Source: Carcharhinus amblyrhynchos
Taxonomy: Eukaryota
Assembly: GCA_965287045.1 (NCBI GenBank)
Contig: OZ336881.1
Span: forward strand, 53,816,001-53,880,000
Reading direction: 5' to 3'
Length of the DNA stretch: 64,000 nucleotides
Part shown: positions 39,001 to 52,545 of the stretch, piece after piece
How positions within the stretch are numbered: position 1 is the first letter of the stretch
How the letters are laid out: the number at the start of each line of letters is the position of its first letter
Program-made: the position numbers and the translations under genes
Notes under the pieces: model-generated
Seen by the model: only the letters and a program-made list of their open reading frames with translations
The model's database searches: none
Told to the model about the DNA's origin: nothing

Positions 39001-39722
39001 ACTGTATAAATTATTTATATCTTTTTACATCCATTTTTAATATTTCTGATCCAAATGTACATTTTGACAGTTGAAAACAATCTTTTGGGTTTTTGAACAA
39101 CTTGCAATATTTTATTTGCGTGTGTATATGCAATGTAATTTAGAATAATTTGGTATTAAATTAAAATTTATATAAATGTGTTTTGTTGCATTGATGTCAT
39201 AGATATCAAAATATTTTCATGACAACATGCAGAACATGTGTAATTGTAAATAGTGAAAATTTGTGTTTTGTACAAGTGGGTAAAACATTTAATTATCAAA
39301 ATTTGATAAAATCTAAATAAGGATTATGTAATCTGTTTACTTGCCAAAATGTTTTATCAGATCAATCTGCTGTTCATTTGTTTAACATTATGTTTTGGCA
39401 TATGAGAAGGGTTTTTTTTTTGTCCCCCTTTATATGGACAGTGAAGACAAATCCTCTTTTAAAGTTCATTTTTAGTTATATTTTATCTTGCATAAATATT
39501 ATTTAAGTACAATTAACACTGTTCCTGTGATGGACTAACTTAAGAAATGTTTCCTTTAAGGACAGAGAGGTGACTGAGGTTGCAAATACCTTGGATCGGG
39601 TATTGAACAGATCCAGTGATGTTTGTTGGGCCCTAAACAAAGCAAGAGACAGAGCCTCTTTCATTGAAAATAAATTTGGGCTTTGCTAATCTATTTAACA
39701 GTTAATAATTGGTTTGAGATGT

Positions 39723-39738
39723 AGGTCAGAAAAGGTCA
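39723..39738 (+). promoter_or_regulatory. Perfect DR4 nuclear-receptor element AGGTCA-gaaa-AGGTCA
   Basis: Exact consensus half-sites with a 4-nt spacer. Function is not demonstrated. Confidence 0.45.
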
Positions 39739-40119
39739 TGTTCCCATGTTGCAGTACAGTAGAAAAGGTGTGGTGAGAACAACTTTTTCATCTCCAAGGC
39801 CTGAAAAACTATACGTAAACATAATGGACTATTCTTTAATTCATTTCATAATAAACAATTTCAGAAGCAGGATTGTAAAATGGGGTCATGCTGCTGTAGG
39901 TAATTCATCCATTGTGCAGTTTAGCCTAATGTTGATTAAAAAATGCACCTCTGAAAAAGCAGAGCAATGTGATTTTTTAAATGTCAATATATTCACTGTT
40001 CTAACCTTGAATAAAATAATGTGCATAGGAGTAATTGAAAAGTATTGAAACTGAAGGAGTTGCTTATAAATTTTGCTTTGTTCAGTTGATGTGCATCATA
40101 AATCTCTGCTTAACTGTAG

Positions 40120-40243
40120 GAAAGAACTGGAGGAGTATGAAGAGACAAAGAAGAAGGAACGGGAAAAGAAAGCTGTAGAAGAGGAAGAGAGGAGAAAACA
40201 TTACGAAGCCCGAAAGATGCATTACCTCCTCAGCACTGAGCAG
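40120..40243 (+). CDS. SPATA17: SPATA17 coding exon 6 (124 nt; charged coiled-coil)
   Basis: ctgtag|G ... CAG|gtctgt. Reads KELEEYEETKKKEREKKAVEEEERRKHYEARKMHYLLSTEQ versus human ...YQARKMHYLLSTKQ. Confidence 0.96.
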
Positions 40244-43200
40244 GTCTGTGTACCTGTCCTGACAGCTTGCATAGTCGCCTGGGTCCCTGCCTGACAGAGA
40301 TAAACTATCAGGCTGAATGGGACATGACTTGCTGAAATGATATCACAAAGACAATACTTCGAGTTCAATTTAGTGCTTTTCTATTGTGGAGTGCAAGCAC
40401 CATGACTACTAGGTGACAGCATCTTCATACAGGCAGCATCAGCATTGTTGGCAGAAAGAGCCCAAGTCAGCAGTTTGATCTGCTGGCAGATAACACAACA
40501 GGAAGGGCATAACCTCAGCCTAACAACTCATTTTGACTGCCTCGTTTTGTGTTGTAGTATTGTCAAGCACTAGCCAACAAGCTGTTAAACTAAGATGGTA
40601 AAGCATTTTTTTAATTGTCTTATCTTTTTTGCAACTGTTTCAGCAGGGTAGAGTTCCGAAGCGTAGGTTAATTGCAACTGACAGACTTGTTTTATGAAGG
40701 CTGCTTTAGGTTCATAAAGCAGCCGCTTTTCAAAATCGATGTGTCTAGAAATGTCTGGAAGAATTTTTTGATGAGTTGCTACGAGAAAACAAAGCAATCT
40801 CTGTTTACATAGTGTATTTAGCAGAATGGGTAGAAAAATAAAATGGTAAAAGGGGTGCAGGACCATTTTTTTGTTGTCTAGTTGCTGTTCAACCGATGCA
40901 GTACTTCACCCTGTACATGTTGTAAAGAAGTCAATTAAGTTGACAGGGATAGAAAGCTGAGCTTATATTTCAAATTACTATTATACATTAAAAAAGTATA
41001 CAGTTTTTTAAAATTTTATATCTTAATGTATAGTGCATCGGTAATTGAAGTAGATTGCCTATAATTTGGGTTCCATAGAGAAACAGTAATCTTGCAAGGG
41101 CTGAGATATAAATCAGGTAATTTATATGGTTTGTTCATTCATGAATGAACCCTAACAAATATGTGCTGTAACAGACATTGGTAGACTAGACAATATTATG
41201 GTCAGAAAAGAAATACAAATATGTAATGTTTGCCCAATGATTGCTCCAGCATTATTGTAGACCTTAAAAATATATATATTTTTCTGAAATATAGAGGACC
41301 TTTTTTTATTTTTTTGGAGGGGGTACACCTATCTTTCATAGAGACCTTTACATGTGTAATATCCTTGCATCTCATAATCTGTAATTTCTAGAAAGATATT
41401 CCACAATTTTCAGTTCATACATGGGTTTCAAAACTTTTTTTAACCAAGCATATTATTTAACCAAAAAAAGGAAGCAAGTCAACATGGTATGTAAATGAAT
41501 AAATAGCACATTTTGAAGCAATGTAACTAAATGATAAGAAAATGAGAAGAATATATGTCAGCCATTTTTACCACACCGTAGTAAAATTAAAAACCCCAAA
41601 AGAAGCTGAAATATTAGTGGGAAAACATCTACAACTGTACAAAATAACACTATTAATAGGTCACATACAGAGATATGCGTTCAATATTTTAAAAATTGTA
41701 AAATACATATACATTCTGTAAGGATTTACTAAAGCTTAATATATTTTATTAAATCTCAGGTTTGCAATAACATTTTTCATCAAAATGCTTGCACTTTCTC
41801 AATGAAGATACAAAAATAAATGCAATCAAGTTAATGTTACTTATTCTGTCCTCAGTAACTCCTGCGCAAATGTGCATTTTTTAAAAATAAATGTGTTTTA
41901 CCAAGTCACCTAGTCACTGGGAGACAATCACTACTGACACCTGGGTGAAGGAAGATCGTGTCCAAGGGCTATAGCTTTCACATCAAAGAGCCTCTCCCAA
42001 GATCCCAATGCATTATGTCATGAGTTATTTTATAAGGAGGAGCCCCTCAAGGGTGATTGTATATCTAGACAGATGAAACTTTGGTTGTGGTTTCATAGAG
42101 GTGTTTTGAGATCAGGAGAAGAACAGATTCTGTTTTCGATGCTTATCCCCAAAAAGACCCATTCTTAAATACCAACATGCTGATCAAGTTCCCCAAATAC
42201 AAAGTTCAAGGAGGTCATCCTACTTATGCCTCGAACCTTTCTATGAAACTTAATAGCATTGCATAAAACATAACAAAAATGAACTACTTCCACACAGCCA
42301 TTGGGGACATCAAAGGAAGTTTTTTATTCAAAGAAAATCTGACAAGTACAAGGTATTGTTCATTAGATTAGTCTCTCTAAACAAGCTTTCAAATGCCAAA
42401 AGATGATGATTGCAATAACAATTTGTATTCATATAACACCTTTCATTTAGTAAGATATTCCAAGATACTTCACAGGAGTATAATCAGACAAAAAATATAC
42501 ATCAAGCCAAAGAATAAAATATTAGGACCAGTGTTCTGGCCAAAGAGGTACATTTTATGAAGTATCTGCAAGGTGAAAAGAGGCAAAGATTTTTAGAGAG
42601 AGAATTTTAGAGCTTAGAATCCAGACAGATGAAGGAATAACCATCAATAGTGGTGCAAAAGAAATCAGGGATACAGAAGAGATGAAAATTAGAGGAATGC
42701 AGAATTGGGACATCCAGATGAGAGTTTTTAATTGAAAGATTTAGTAGACTCGCAGTCAATATAGGAACATGGGTGTGATGAGCTATGCACCAGTATCTTG
42801 TTAAGTGTACTTCAGTCTTATGAAAGAAAGAAGTTGCATTCATGTCCCCAGGATATCCCAAAGAGCTTTACAGCCAGTGAAATAATAAGTGGCCAATCCA
42901 GATCCATGTACCACACAAAGCTGATAACATAGTAATGTGAAAACAAAATAAAGCTTAAAAATAGATTCAATTATAATTGTCCACCTGAACATGAATTTTT
43001 CTGATTCATTTACCCAAGATCAATGTAGGTGGTGGAGATGTGGTATAAGGATGTTTAGAATAGTATTTTGGCAATGTTTTTATAATTTTAATTGGTTATG
43101 CCTCCCTCACTTAGATTGACACAAGAAATTTAGATACTATTTCAATTCACCTCCCATTTAGCTTGAAACTGGGAGCAGTTTTGACAGTACTGTAATACTT

Positions 43201-45869
43201 CACTTTCCAGTCTCAAGCAGGTCAATGGTTGCCTTCAGATTCAGAAGTAATTTATCCTACTTCTGATTCCATGGCTACTATTATGATATAAATTGGCCTT
43301 GACTAGACAGGTAAGTAAATTTCATGCTCAGGTAGCTGATCCACTTGCCCAATCTGGCATAAAGGAAGGCAATACTTCACCTTCATCCTAAGGTGCTGCA
43401 GTTTTTTATTTTTCTCTGCCTCATGGTCACAGGTCTCCAATCTACTTAACTTTCCATTGATATGCTGCCTCCGCTGCAAGAATATTATTAAAAAGAAAGG
43501 ATATTTAAAAATAAACACATTATTATGGCCCATCTTTTAATGCATCATTCTCAATGCAGCTTTGAGAAGCTGGTTGGTAGTTTACTTCAGCCCTTTAATG
43601 CCAGCTTGTAGACATGAACCCATACCTGGAGTCATAGAATCATACAGTGCAGAAAATACCCTTCAGCCCATTGAGCTTGCACTCAATATCTACCACTAAA
43701 GGTGCATAACCCATAACTGGATCACGTTGTTCTGTATTGGCAATAGTGTAGAACATTTAATTGTACTTTAAAAGCTGGTATCCACAGAATCTACAGTGTA
43801 TAATTTCACTTAATGAATAAAGAACACATCTGAAAGTGTTACAGTAAAACATTTTTTCATGGGAAATGTTTTAAAACCCCATATATTTAAGTGCAACTTC
43901 TAGCATTTTTGCATTAGTATGTTCCTTGCATATGAACAACTAATTTAAAAAATTTCCCTACAATGTAGTGAGTTACTGCACTGGATTGAATGTTAACTTC
44001 GAATTTAAGCTAGGAAAATTCCAGTTATATGTCTACACTGTGCTGAATTAGCCAGTTCCAGCAAGGACAATTGGCCTCAGAATTCCTGTTTAAAAAAAAA
44101 TCATCAACCAGAGCCCATGTTATTCATTTCCAGCAGGTATCACTGAATAGTGAACATGTGTGGGTGCCAAGTGAGAGCTAGGTTGTGATGACCGGCAGAA
44201 TCAAATTGTTGTGTCTTACTTTGTGGAAAATAGTGTGGTGGCTTGAAAAGATTCACAAACTGATGATCTAAAATCTGCTGAAGTGAACACATCTCTGGCT
44301 GTAACCATCTTTATTCCAGTTAATAGGATGATTGGTCTTATATGATTAGGTTTTTTTAATAGACTGTTGCAAACAGCACAAAACGTGGGAGGGGTTGGGC
44401 ACCCATGCACACTGGACATCACCTGCTGTTGAAGGCTAACTGTGCATATCGCACTAGTGTTCTTGTATACTTGTCAAGACTTCCTGGAGCAAGTTTACAA
44501 ACCTGTACCTTCTGGCTCAGAGGTGGAAAATTAAAATATTAACATTTTTCATACAAGGACTTCGCTGAATAAGGATCTTTTGCACTAGGCACTGTGGAGC
44601 CCTTGCAGATTGTGCAACCATACATCTCAACTTTTTTAAAGAAGAAGCAATACAACAAGAATTAAGAAACAATACATCTCTCAATGGATTTCATTATCAT
44701 ATTTCAACACATTTGATTTCTGGAGTAAATTGCCAGGAAAGCTAGCTCAAATGTGATTGTTACTGTGCTGTTCTCTTTCAGCTCTGATTTTACTGTTGTT
44801 ATTGGAAATAATGATACTCTATACAAATAAACCATTTTCTACTATCTTCAATGAACCGTTTTCAACTGTATGGCCAGAGTGTCAGATTGATTGTTGAAAT
44901 CAGCATGCTTTGTTCAACAATTGATTTTGGATCCTAGTTCACTCATTGAAAACAGGCTCGCTCTTCACAGGAAATGTGTTTTATCTTGTACTGTTTCTTG
45001 TACATATCTCCTGACTTTGAATTATAAATTCGTAAATGGACCTTCATTATTGTTATGTCAATTTTCAGTCTTGAATTCATTCTGAATGCAGTTGGAGAAT
45101 ATTTTTATAAATTTGAGACTTTTTGTAGGAGAAGGAAGGAAAATAATTTCTTAGTAGAAGGTGAAAGAGAAGAAGTAAATGATTTTCAATACAATAATAC
45201 AGTGCAGTTTGCGTATATCAAAAATATTTGTGTAATTTTTAACTGAAAACTACATTAATCTCTGATTCAACCAGAGATAATTGCAATTAAATTAGCAATG
45301 TTGTTCATTTTTAAAATAATTGTACTTCAGTTATATTAATGAGCCAAAATGTCATTATACAAAAAGAAGTAACATCAGTTGTAGAACATTCAACAAACAA
45401 AATGCAGTAAATGTACTCCTCTAATTTGAGAATTCAGCTAATGACACTCTATAAAACCCTAATTATGCAGTGATGAATTTTCAAACAAGGAAGATTCTTA
45501 GTTTCAGCTATACTTTGTGCTGAATTAGTTCATTTTTTGGTGCGAGGCAGCAGGAGAAATGTTAGGATGAAAAGATGCAGCAGAAATGGTAGGAAGATAA
45601 ACGTTAGTAGGAAACTCCAATCCTATTTTATGTCCAATAACTTCAGCTGAAAAATGCAGGACTAAATTAAACTCTGATACAACCCACTCGTGGCAATAGT
45701 CTGTTGATACTTATTTGAAAGGTTCTGGGGAATTAGATCCCCATAGATTGAATATAAGATCACAGAAAAAGCAAATGGAGTGTGGGGACAGGGTGGGGTG
45801 CTAATGTTATTTAATTATGCGTTTGAGAGAATTTTTAAACTTCGTTGAAAGACGAGTTTGTCTCCTAAA

Positions 45870-46082
45870 GTAAAGCAAAATGTGCAGGAAAATTTCAGCT
45901 TGTCTAGCAGCATCTGTGAAGAGAGAAGCAGTGTTCATGTTTTGAGTCCAAAAAAGAGGTATGTTGGACTTGAAACGTTAGCACTGTTTCACTCCCCACA
46001 GATACTGCTGGACCTCTTGTGTTTCTCCAGCACTTAGTTTTTATCTCGGATCACCAACATTGGCAGTTTTTTGCTTTTATTT
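45870..46082. mobile_element. Palindromic Penelope-derived short element
   Basis: TAAAGCAAAA ... TTTTGCTTTTA termini, inner CAGCATCTGTG/CACAGATACTG arms and GAAACGTT retained. Confidence 0.65.
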
Positions 46083-46419
46083 TACTGTTTACTAAAGTGT
46101 TCCTTTAAGTTTAAAAGAAAATTCCCTGTTCGTATCTTCAACCTGTTGCGATGCACTGAAGTGGATTTCTAGTTCACTCATTCAGCCATATAATGGAGTA
46201 AAATTTTGTGTACTTTGGTGCTTTCATAGCTTACCCAAGTAGATTTCACATAAACAATGTGCTTAGTGCGTGTCAACAGAGTTTTCAGTCATCATACAGT
46301 TGAACTTGTAATTAACTGAGGTCTATACTTTGCAGGAGATGCTCAAAAATGAACTTCAAAGTTGGCCAAGTTCAGAAATCAGAATATCACGTAGTATTCC
46401 AACATAAATAAATTTCTAT

Positions 46420-47080
46420 TGAATAATTAATGGACTGTCAGTTTGAGTCCATGGAAGAGGATCAGAGTGAAGGTGTAAAGATTTGGAGGTAGTGAGTAAT
46501 TTGGGTCAGCGGTGGGAGAAGATGGAATCATAGAAATGGAAATTAAGTGACAGATTATCTCCGATGGAAGCAATTGAAAGGAGTGCAGTGGATGTAAAGT
46601 TAAAAATATGACTGAAACTGAAAGGAAAAATCTACAAGGCTGTTGTGAGACTGGCTTTGTTATAAAGTGCTGAAGCTTGGACAACATTAAGAAGAGAGGA
46701 ACAACAACTGGATAGAAAAGAACTCCAGAAGCTGAGCAGGAAGTGTGGTGTAAAGTGAAAGGTTCCATATGTTGTCCAGTACATTAGGGAATCAATGAAG
46801 ATTGTTAGACCGTTGAAGAAAGTAAGTGAGAAGAGATTGAAATGGTTGTTTATTTTGAAGAGGGAGAGGCAAGAGAGATGAGTGATGGAGATGAAACTAC
46901 TAGGAAGAAGGATGAAGGGGAAGGCCTAAGACCAGATGGAAAGATACAGTGGCAAAAGGCTTAAATACAGTGGCACTGGATGAGGAATGAGGGTTATAGA
47001 GGGGAGAAGATGGAGAAGGATGATCAGCCAGCATTGTGGTGACCCAAGTGAAATGGGAGAAGCCAAAAGAAGGAGTTCCT
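46420..47080 (+). mobile_element. Old RTE-clade LINE 3' fragment
   Basis: Decayed KIYKAVVR.ALL..AEAW and GRPKTRWKDTV motifs typical of the RTE C-terminus. Confidence 0.65.
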
Positions 47081-48029
47081 ACAAATCCTGAAAGATAGTT
47101 ATATTGACATATATTTGTAACTTCATCAGTTTAGGAAAATAATTAGGTTTGAATTCTGAAAATGACAAATGTTTAAATGTAATTTCCTTGTAGCACAGTA
47201 GGAAATATAGGACTTTAATACATGTGTGATGCTTCAAAGTATTTCTTACTTAAGGCCTAGTTATGTTGAATTCAAGGTTTCATTACCAACATAAAATTCC
47301 ATCCTCCAATTCCTGTCTATACTTTCACAATTCAGTTCTTGCTACCACTACATAAATGATCAAATCTTCATAGGTTTTGATACAGGCCATGTTAAACTAT
47401 TTAAAGCTTCTAAAATTATCTGTTGCAATGCTTGGCAAGAGCTTTCCTTTTATCATCCAGTTTGCAGGCTGGAATTTTAGGTCTGATTGACACTTGTGTG
47501 TCATCTACAATTATGATCAGTTTTGTTGATCTTCTTTGGCCAGGTTCCTAGCAATAGTGAATTTATAGGCAATGTTGGCATTAGATATAAGGTAATGGCT
47601 TTTTGAGAATTCAATAAAGTTCAGATCTTATTAACAGCTCAAATCCTTAGTAATTTGAATGTTTACATTCACTTTTACCAGCTGATTTCAGTTTTGTAAA
47701 ATCCTCAGTTCACCCTATTAAAATGAACAGAAAATCAATATTGACAGTGACGGATGGCAGAAGACTAGAGTATGAGATGCCTAAGCTCTTTATAGTTTCA
47801 GTTCTGTATTGTGGTCATTTGATTGCATTCTCTAAGGTAAAATCTAATAAGTATTCCACAATAGTCTTGTGCATGTGTCTGTAATTTTGTATTAAGATTC
47901 AATAAAAATGTTAATGTGTCCTTAAATTTTCCAAGTTAGGTGTAAGCTAATCTATTTAATTTGAACATCTAGGGGATTTACAAATGTGTTGTGGAATATC
48001 TTGGTGCACCCGAAGTAAGCTAAGAACAC

Positions 48030-48600
48030 ACTCAATTCATTTGCACTCAATGCAATCCTAGTATAGTGAGATCTGGACAACACATATTAGGCAAGAGAAA
48101 AGGCTTAACAGTTTTCATCTTCATCGTGCCAGACGTACCCTTTGCTTTCTTGGCAGGACAAGGTCAGCAACTCGAGACATCCTGGAACATGCCAATTCCA
48201 TCAGCATACATTTGTCGCTAAATAATCTGCACTGGCTATGCTACGTCCATCGGACGGATGAAGGCAAAATGGAGGCTCATTGTGCAGTGAACCAGCCACT
48301 GGGCCATGACTATTTGGACATCCATACCTTCACTATAAAGGTGCCTGCAGGCGAGATATGAAGATAGCTGACATTGATCCTCACAAGTGGAAGACAGTTG
48401 CTGAAAGCCATGAGAGGCTGACTGTTTGGAAGGACATTGGAAACGGCGAACATAAACAATGCAACTGGTCAAGAAAGCCCAGAGGAAGCAGAGACCAGTG
48501 AATTCTGAATCACCTCAAACCCAATGTTGTCTCCTGCAGCAAGGATAGCAGAAACTGCCACATCAGTGGTGCTGCTGAGCTACACCAGGCAACACTTGAC
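48030..48600 (+). mobile_element. Old RTE-BovB-like LINE 3' fragment
   Basis: YSEIWTTHIRQEKRLNSFHL...WQDKVSN...LHWLCYVHR. Confidence 0.7.
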
Positions 48601-51600
48601 CACCATAACACCATTGTTTTACAAGACAGAAGGCTTCCAATGACACTGATTTTTCATAATACCTTGCATAAAATTCTAATGGTGAATTATTTTCCCTTTA
48701 TACACTAAATAAAATAATGTACAGCTTGCTAGACATTATTTGGCTTCAAACTTGGCGGCACATTTAACAAATGATCCCACACTCTTGGTTCAAAAAGTAT
48801 CTATCATCCTATCAAAAAGTTCAATTTTAATCATGTGATTAGCAAAACAAGCTTCCAGTCTGCATTCATGTCATTCCCAACACAATACAGTTTTAAGTTT
48901 TCAGGAAGGATAAGCGTCACTAATAAAATAAAAATGAAAGAGGTTAAGTTAATTCCTTTAAAGTCAAAACATACAATGTCCAAAAGTGGTATATTCGATA
49001 TATGTTTTGGATAAATAATGTTTTATAGTTGGATGATTTTGCATGTAGAATTAGGATAATTTATTTATCTTTATGCTAATACATCAGCTAAGTTACCCAA
49101 CAGCGTCTGTTAAAAGGCTTTTAACAACCAATGCTAAATCAATGCATTTTTTTCATAAAGTAATGTAAAAAAATCAGATTACAGGTTAACCGATACCGTA
49201 GATACAATTAATGTGTTTGTTCATATCTGACTTCATATTAAGTCAATGTATAGTCATGCATCTTGCATATATTTTTATGTATACTGCTACCTTAAATTGA
49301 ACACTGTTGGCATATATTGTGCATAAAAATTCTGAAAGTCTTCATTTGCAAATGATCATCACAAACCAGAAACACAAAATGATCCCTTTTAAAGCATTTC
49401 TGAAGCTTCTAAAAGTAACACATTTTGCAATTTGTTGAATTGCACAGACTACAAAGCATTGCGCGCAATAGGTAGTATGTATCTGAACAGGTGTATTGCA
49501 AAGATAGGCACCTCAATCAAATAATCAGTTTTGAATGCTGTTGGTTGAAAGTAATTTAGAGAAGTCCGTTTTAAAAAAAATACAGAAATTTGAACAAGCT
49601 ACAATAAAGTCTAATTTGTTTGGAACAAAAATTATAATAAAATTACTGCTAGTCATCCTATTTTAAATAATATTAATAGCAGAATGCTGCCAAATATATT
49701 CCTCAAAGTTGCAATATCCATTTTCAGTAGTTTATGTATCAACTTCAGTTTAATTATTTGTTAATTTTAAACTTAATTCATGGCAATTTTTAAGCAACCT
49801 TAGAAATAAATAATTACTATAGTGAAAATCAAATGACTTTCAATAAATATTGCAATTAACTGCAAAAAATACAAATAATTGAAATTAATTATTTAAAATA
49901 TTTTGAAATGATAGTACAAACTGGTCTGTGATAAAGTAATGAAAATATTTGCTGTTTTTGTACATAACATTTTATATTTGCTGAGAAATGCCTTAATACA
50001 ATATAATTAGCTGGGAGTAGTACTGCTATTGTAAATATAATTTATTTCAATTCACTTATCTTCCAATGTAAAGTTTTTGCCTTGCCTTGGTAGAAATAAA
50101 TTTGTTGCACACTTTGTGTACTAATGCATTTTAGAAAGACCAACTGTATCAATTTTGTAGATAATTTAAGTTAATATAGAAAGTATATGCAGTCTACAGC
50201 AACAGAACCTCACTAATGAAAAGAAAGATAGAATCTAAAATAACAGTAAAGGGAAAGAAAATCAACAGTTAATATAAAAATATAAATAACTCTAACAATT
50301 ATAATGATGTTTAAATGCAAAATATGTAAACAAATATAAAGTTTATGCTAATAAAATAGTTATCTGTCTCAAAAAATGAAAAGAACCTAAGCAGACTCCT
50401 TTAGAAAATGTTATACCTATACTTCAGTGCTTATTCACTGCATTGTAAAGAAACATTGTAAAGACCAATGGTGGGCTGCGAATATCGTATCTTAATTGGC
50501 ATACTACTTTTTTAAAAAACTTTTGAGCCAAGACTGCACACACACATCCTGCCACTTTGCAAGCCACGTATTCAAATAAAATCACTATTTTCTATTAATC
50601 AAATGGTATTTTAAGAATCAGTTATAAAATGCTAAAGATCCCCCTGCTCTATAAAATTTTAATAACTCTAGATGATTGCTAAATATTCAATGAAACATTT
50701 AGGAACTATTTAGAAAATAGACTAGTTCAGAAGAATTTTTTCCTCCTCCAATATATGTATTTAAAATATACAACATTAGGCTGTTTGGTGGTTGCTACAA
50801 TATACATCTAGAGCAAATTTGGCTCCATGAATGAAACACTGGTTTTCCAATAAATTATCTTTCTATTTTTTGGAAAATTTTGGTTTATCTTCTGCTTGAA
50901 ACTGTGCCTTTAGTAATTTGCCAAACTAAAAAACCATAGTTAGTATTAGGTCATATCTGCTTCTCAAGTGACTTGTTTTGTTAATTGCTTTCAGCATTAA
51001 TTATGGTATTTGTTTAATTAATCTTTTCAAAGCTTTTATGTGAATGAAAGGATGTTATTACATGGCAATGGATAATTTCAGTTCTCACAGGAATACTCAG
51101 GACTGTTTACAGCTATTCATTTAAAAGTGTAATTGTGCAATTGGCAAGCAGAAATGTTACCTTTTGAGTTTTCAATGAGAATAATTAAATGTTGAATATC
51201 TTACTGCATGTTGGATTGTGGCAATGTGTTAACAATCCACCTTCTTCTTAACATCAGGTCAATTATTTGCTGAGTGGGATTTTTAGAAATCCCGTGGCAG
51301 TTGTATGTCCTGATAATTATGATGAAGTATGTTGGTCAGTGTTGATTCAGCAATCCTATCTCCAGCAAATACTTCATTCACTGATCTCCTTCATGCTCGT
51401 CTTTACGGTCATTAAACTTCTTGTGCCTTTTCTTGCCATCCCCTGTGGCCCTAATTATAAAAGGCCTATATGAAAAACATCTAGATTGGGGAGGAAGCTG
51501 ACTGATGGATTGATAGCTTTGCAAAAGGGTCCAGAATTTAAATGCTATTCAATGGATGACTGGCCAACAAAAGGCACGTTTGCAGATATGGTTGACCTGG

Positions 51601-52344
51601 TGCAATTAATATTCCAGTTCATGCATGAATTCCTCTGATGGAGGGGGACTTAAAGTGCCAAAAGTGTGTCTCTTGCATAACTCATTTTCTCTTTCATGAC
51701 AACCCAGAATTTTATACTTAAAAATATCAGTGTTTTCACAGCTCATTTGTCCTACTATGTGATCAGTACACTAGCCAGAAGTAGAACTTGATGCAGAGAG
51801 GTCAATAAGAAGCTATTAACAGGGTCACTCCTGAGAATTCAACAGCTTTATTGAGTTCAGTTTTAGCTTGAATGTACAGCAGTAACACAGGTGTAGTTTT
51901 TTTTTTAAACATCGAGCACAGATTTCCCCAAAGTCTTTATGGGTTTAGAAAATTGCCAAAGAAAATGGATTCCCAGACCATACTGCTGGCTAAAGGCTGC
52001 TAAAGTTTGTGACAAACTTGAATGATAAAGAAAAAAGTTTGCACACAAACGTGCAGTATATGCTGTTTATAAATTGGGCACACCGCCATAATGCCTTGTG
52101 ATTAATTCGATGTGAAGTAGTCATTTGCTATTCAGCGTTTGTGCAAATAATATTAGTCAAATTCCAAGTGTAGCTACACTTCATTGCTGCCATTTACTAT
52201 CATATTAATTCAATGAATATACATAGTTATTGCTGATGTACATTGCACAGTTTTTCATTTTTAACTGTTTCACATTTTAAATGTTTAACTTTTGTGTGTG
52301 CTACTTCATGGCAGTGAGTTAATGAGTGTTCCCTTTCTACCTAG

Positions 52345-52545
52345 CTTCCAGGTATTTATAACTCTCCATATTTGCTGTGCCCGAATGAGATGGAATGTAG
52401 GTTACAACAGGTCAGACCATTGACTCCGAATAAATCTTGGAAGAAGAACACCACTGAGGGTCTTGTGGATCCATCAATGCCTGACATTCCATGCACCTTT
52501 CCTCCATACGAGCTGCTGCCACCTGTAGTCAGAAAGAAACCACAG
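52345..52545 (+). CDS. SPATA17: SPATA17 coding exon 7 (201 nt); gene continues beyond the right edge
   Basis: cctag|CTT ... CAG|gtacac. Reads LPGIYNSPYLLCPNEMECRLQQVRPLT...FPPYELLPPVVRKKPQ versus human IPGIYNSPF...LQKAKPLT...EILPPINRKQCQ. Confidence 0.95.

Noticed and set aside
40585-40866. 93-aa antisense ORF in intron 6
   Set aside because: No recognisable domain or exon signals, and the length is compatible with chance.
52345-52357. Second AG 7 nt into exon 7 (CCAG|GTATTT) as an alternative acceptor or micro-exon donor
   Set aside because: Explained by the conserved Pro-Gly-Ile codons. Its use would frameshift and there is no evidence for it.
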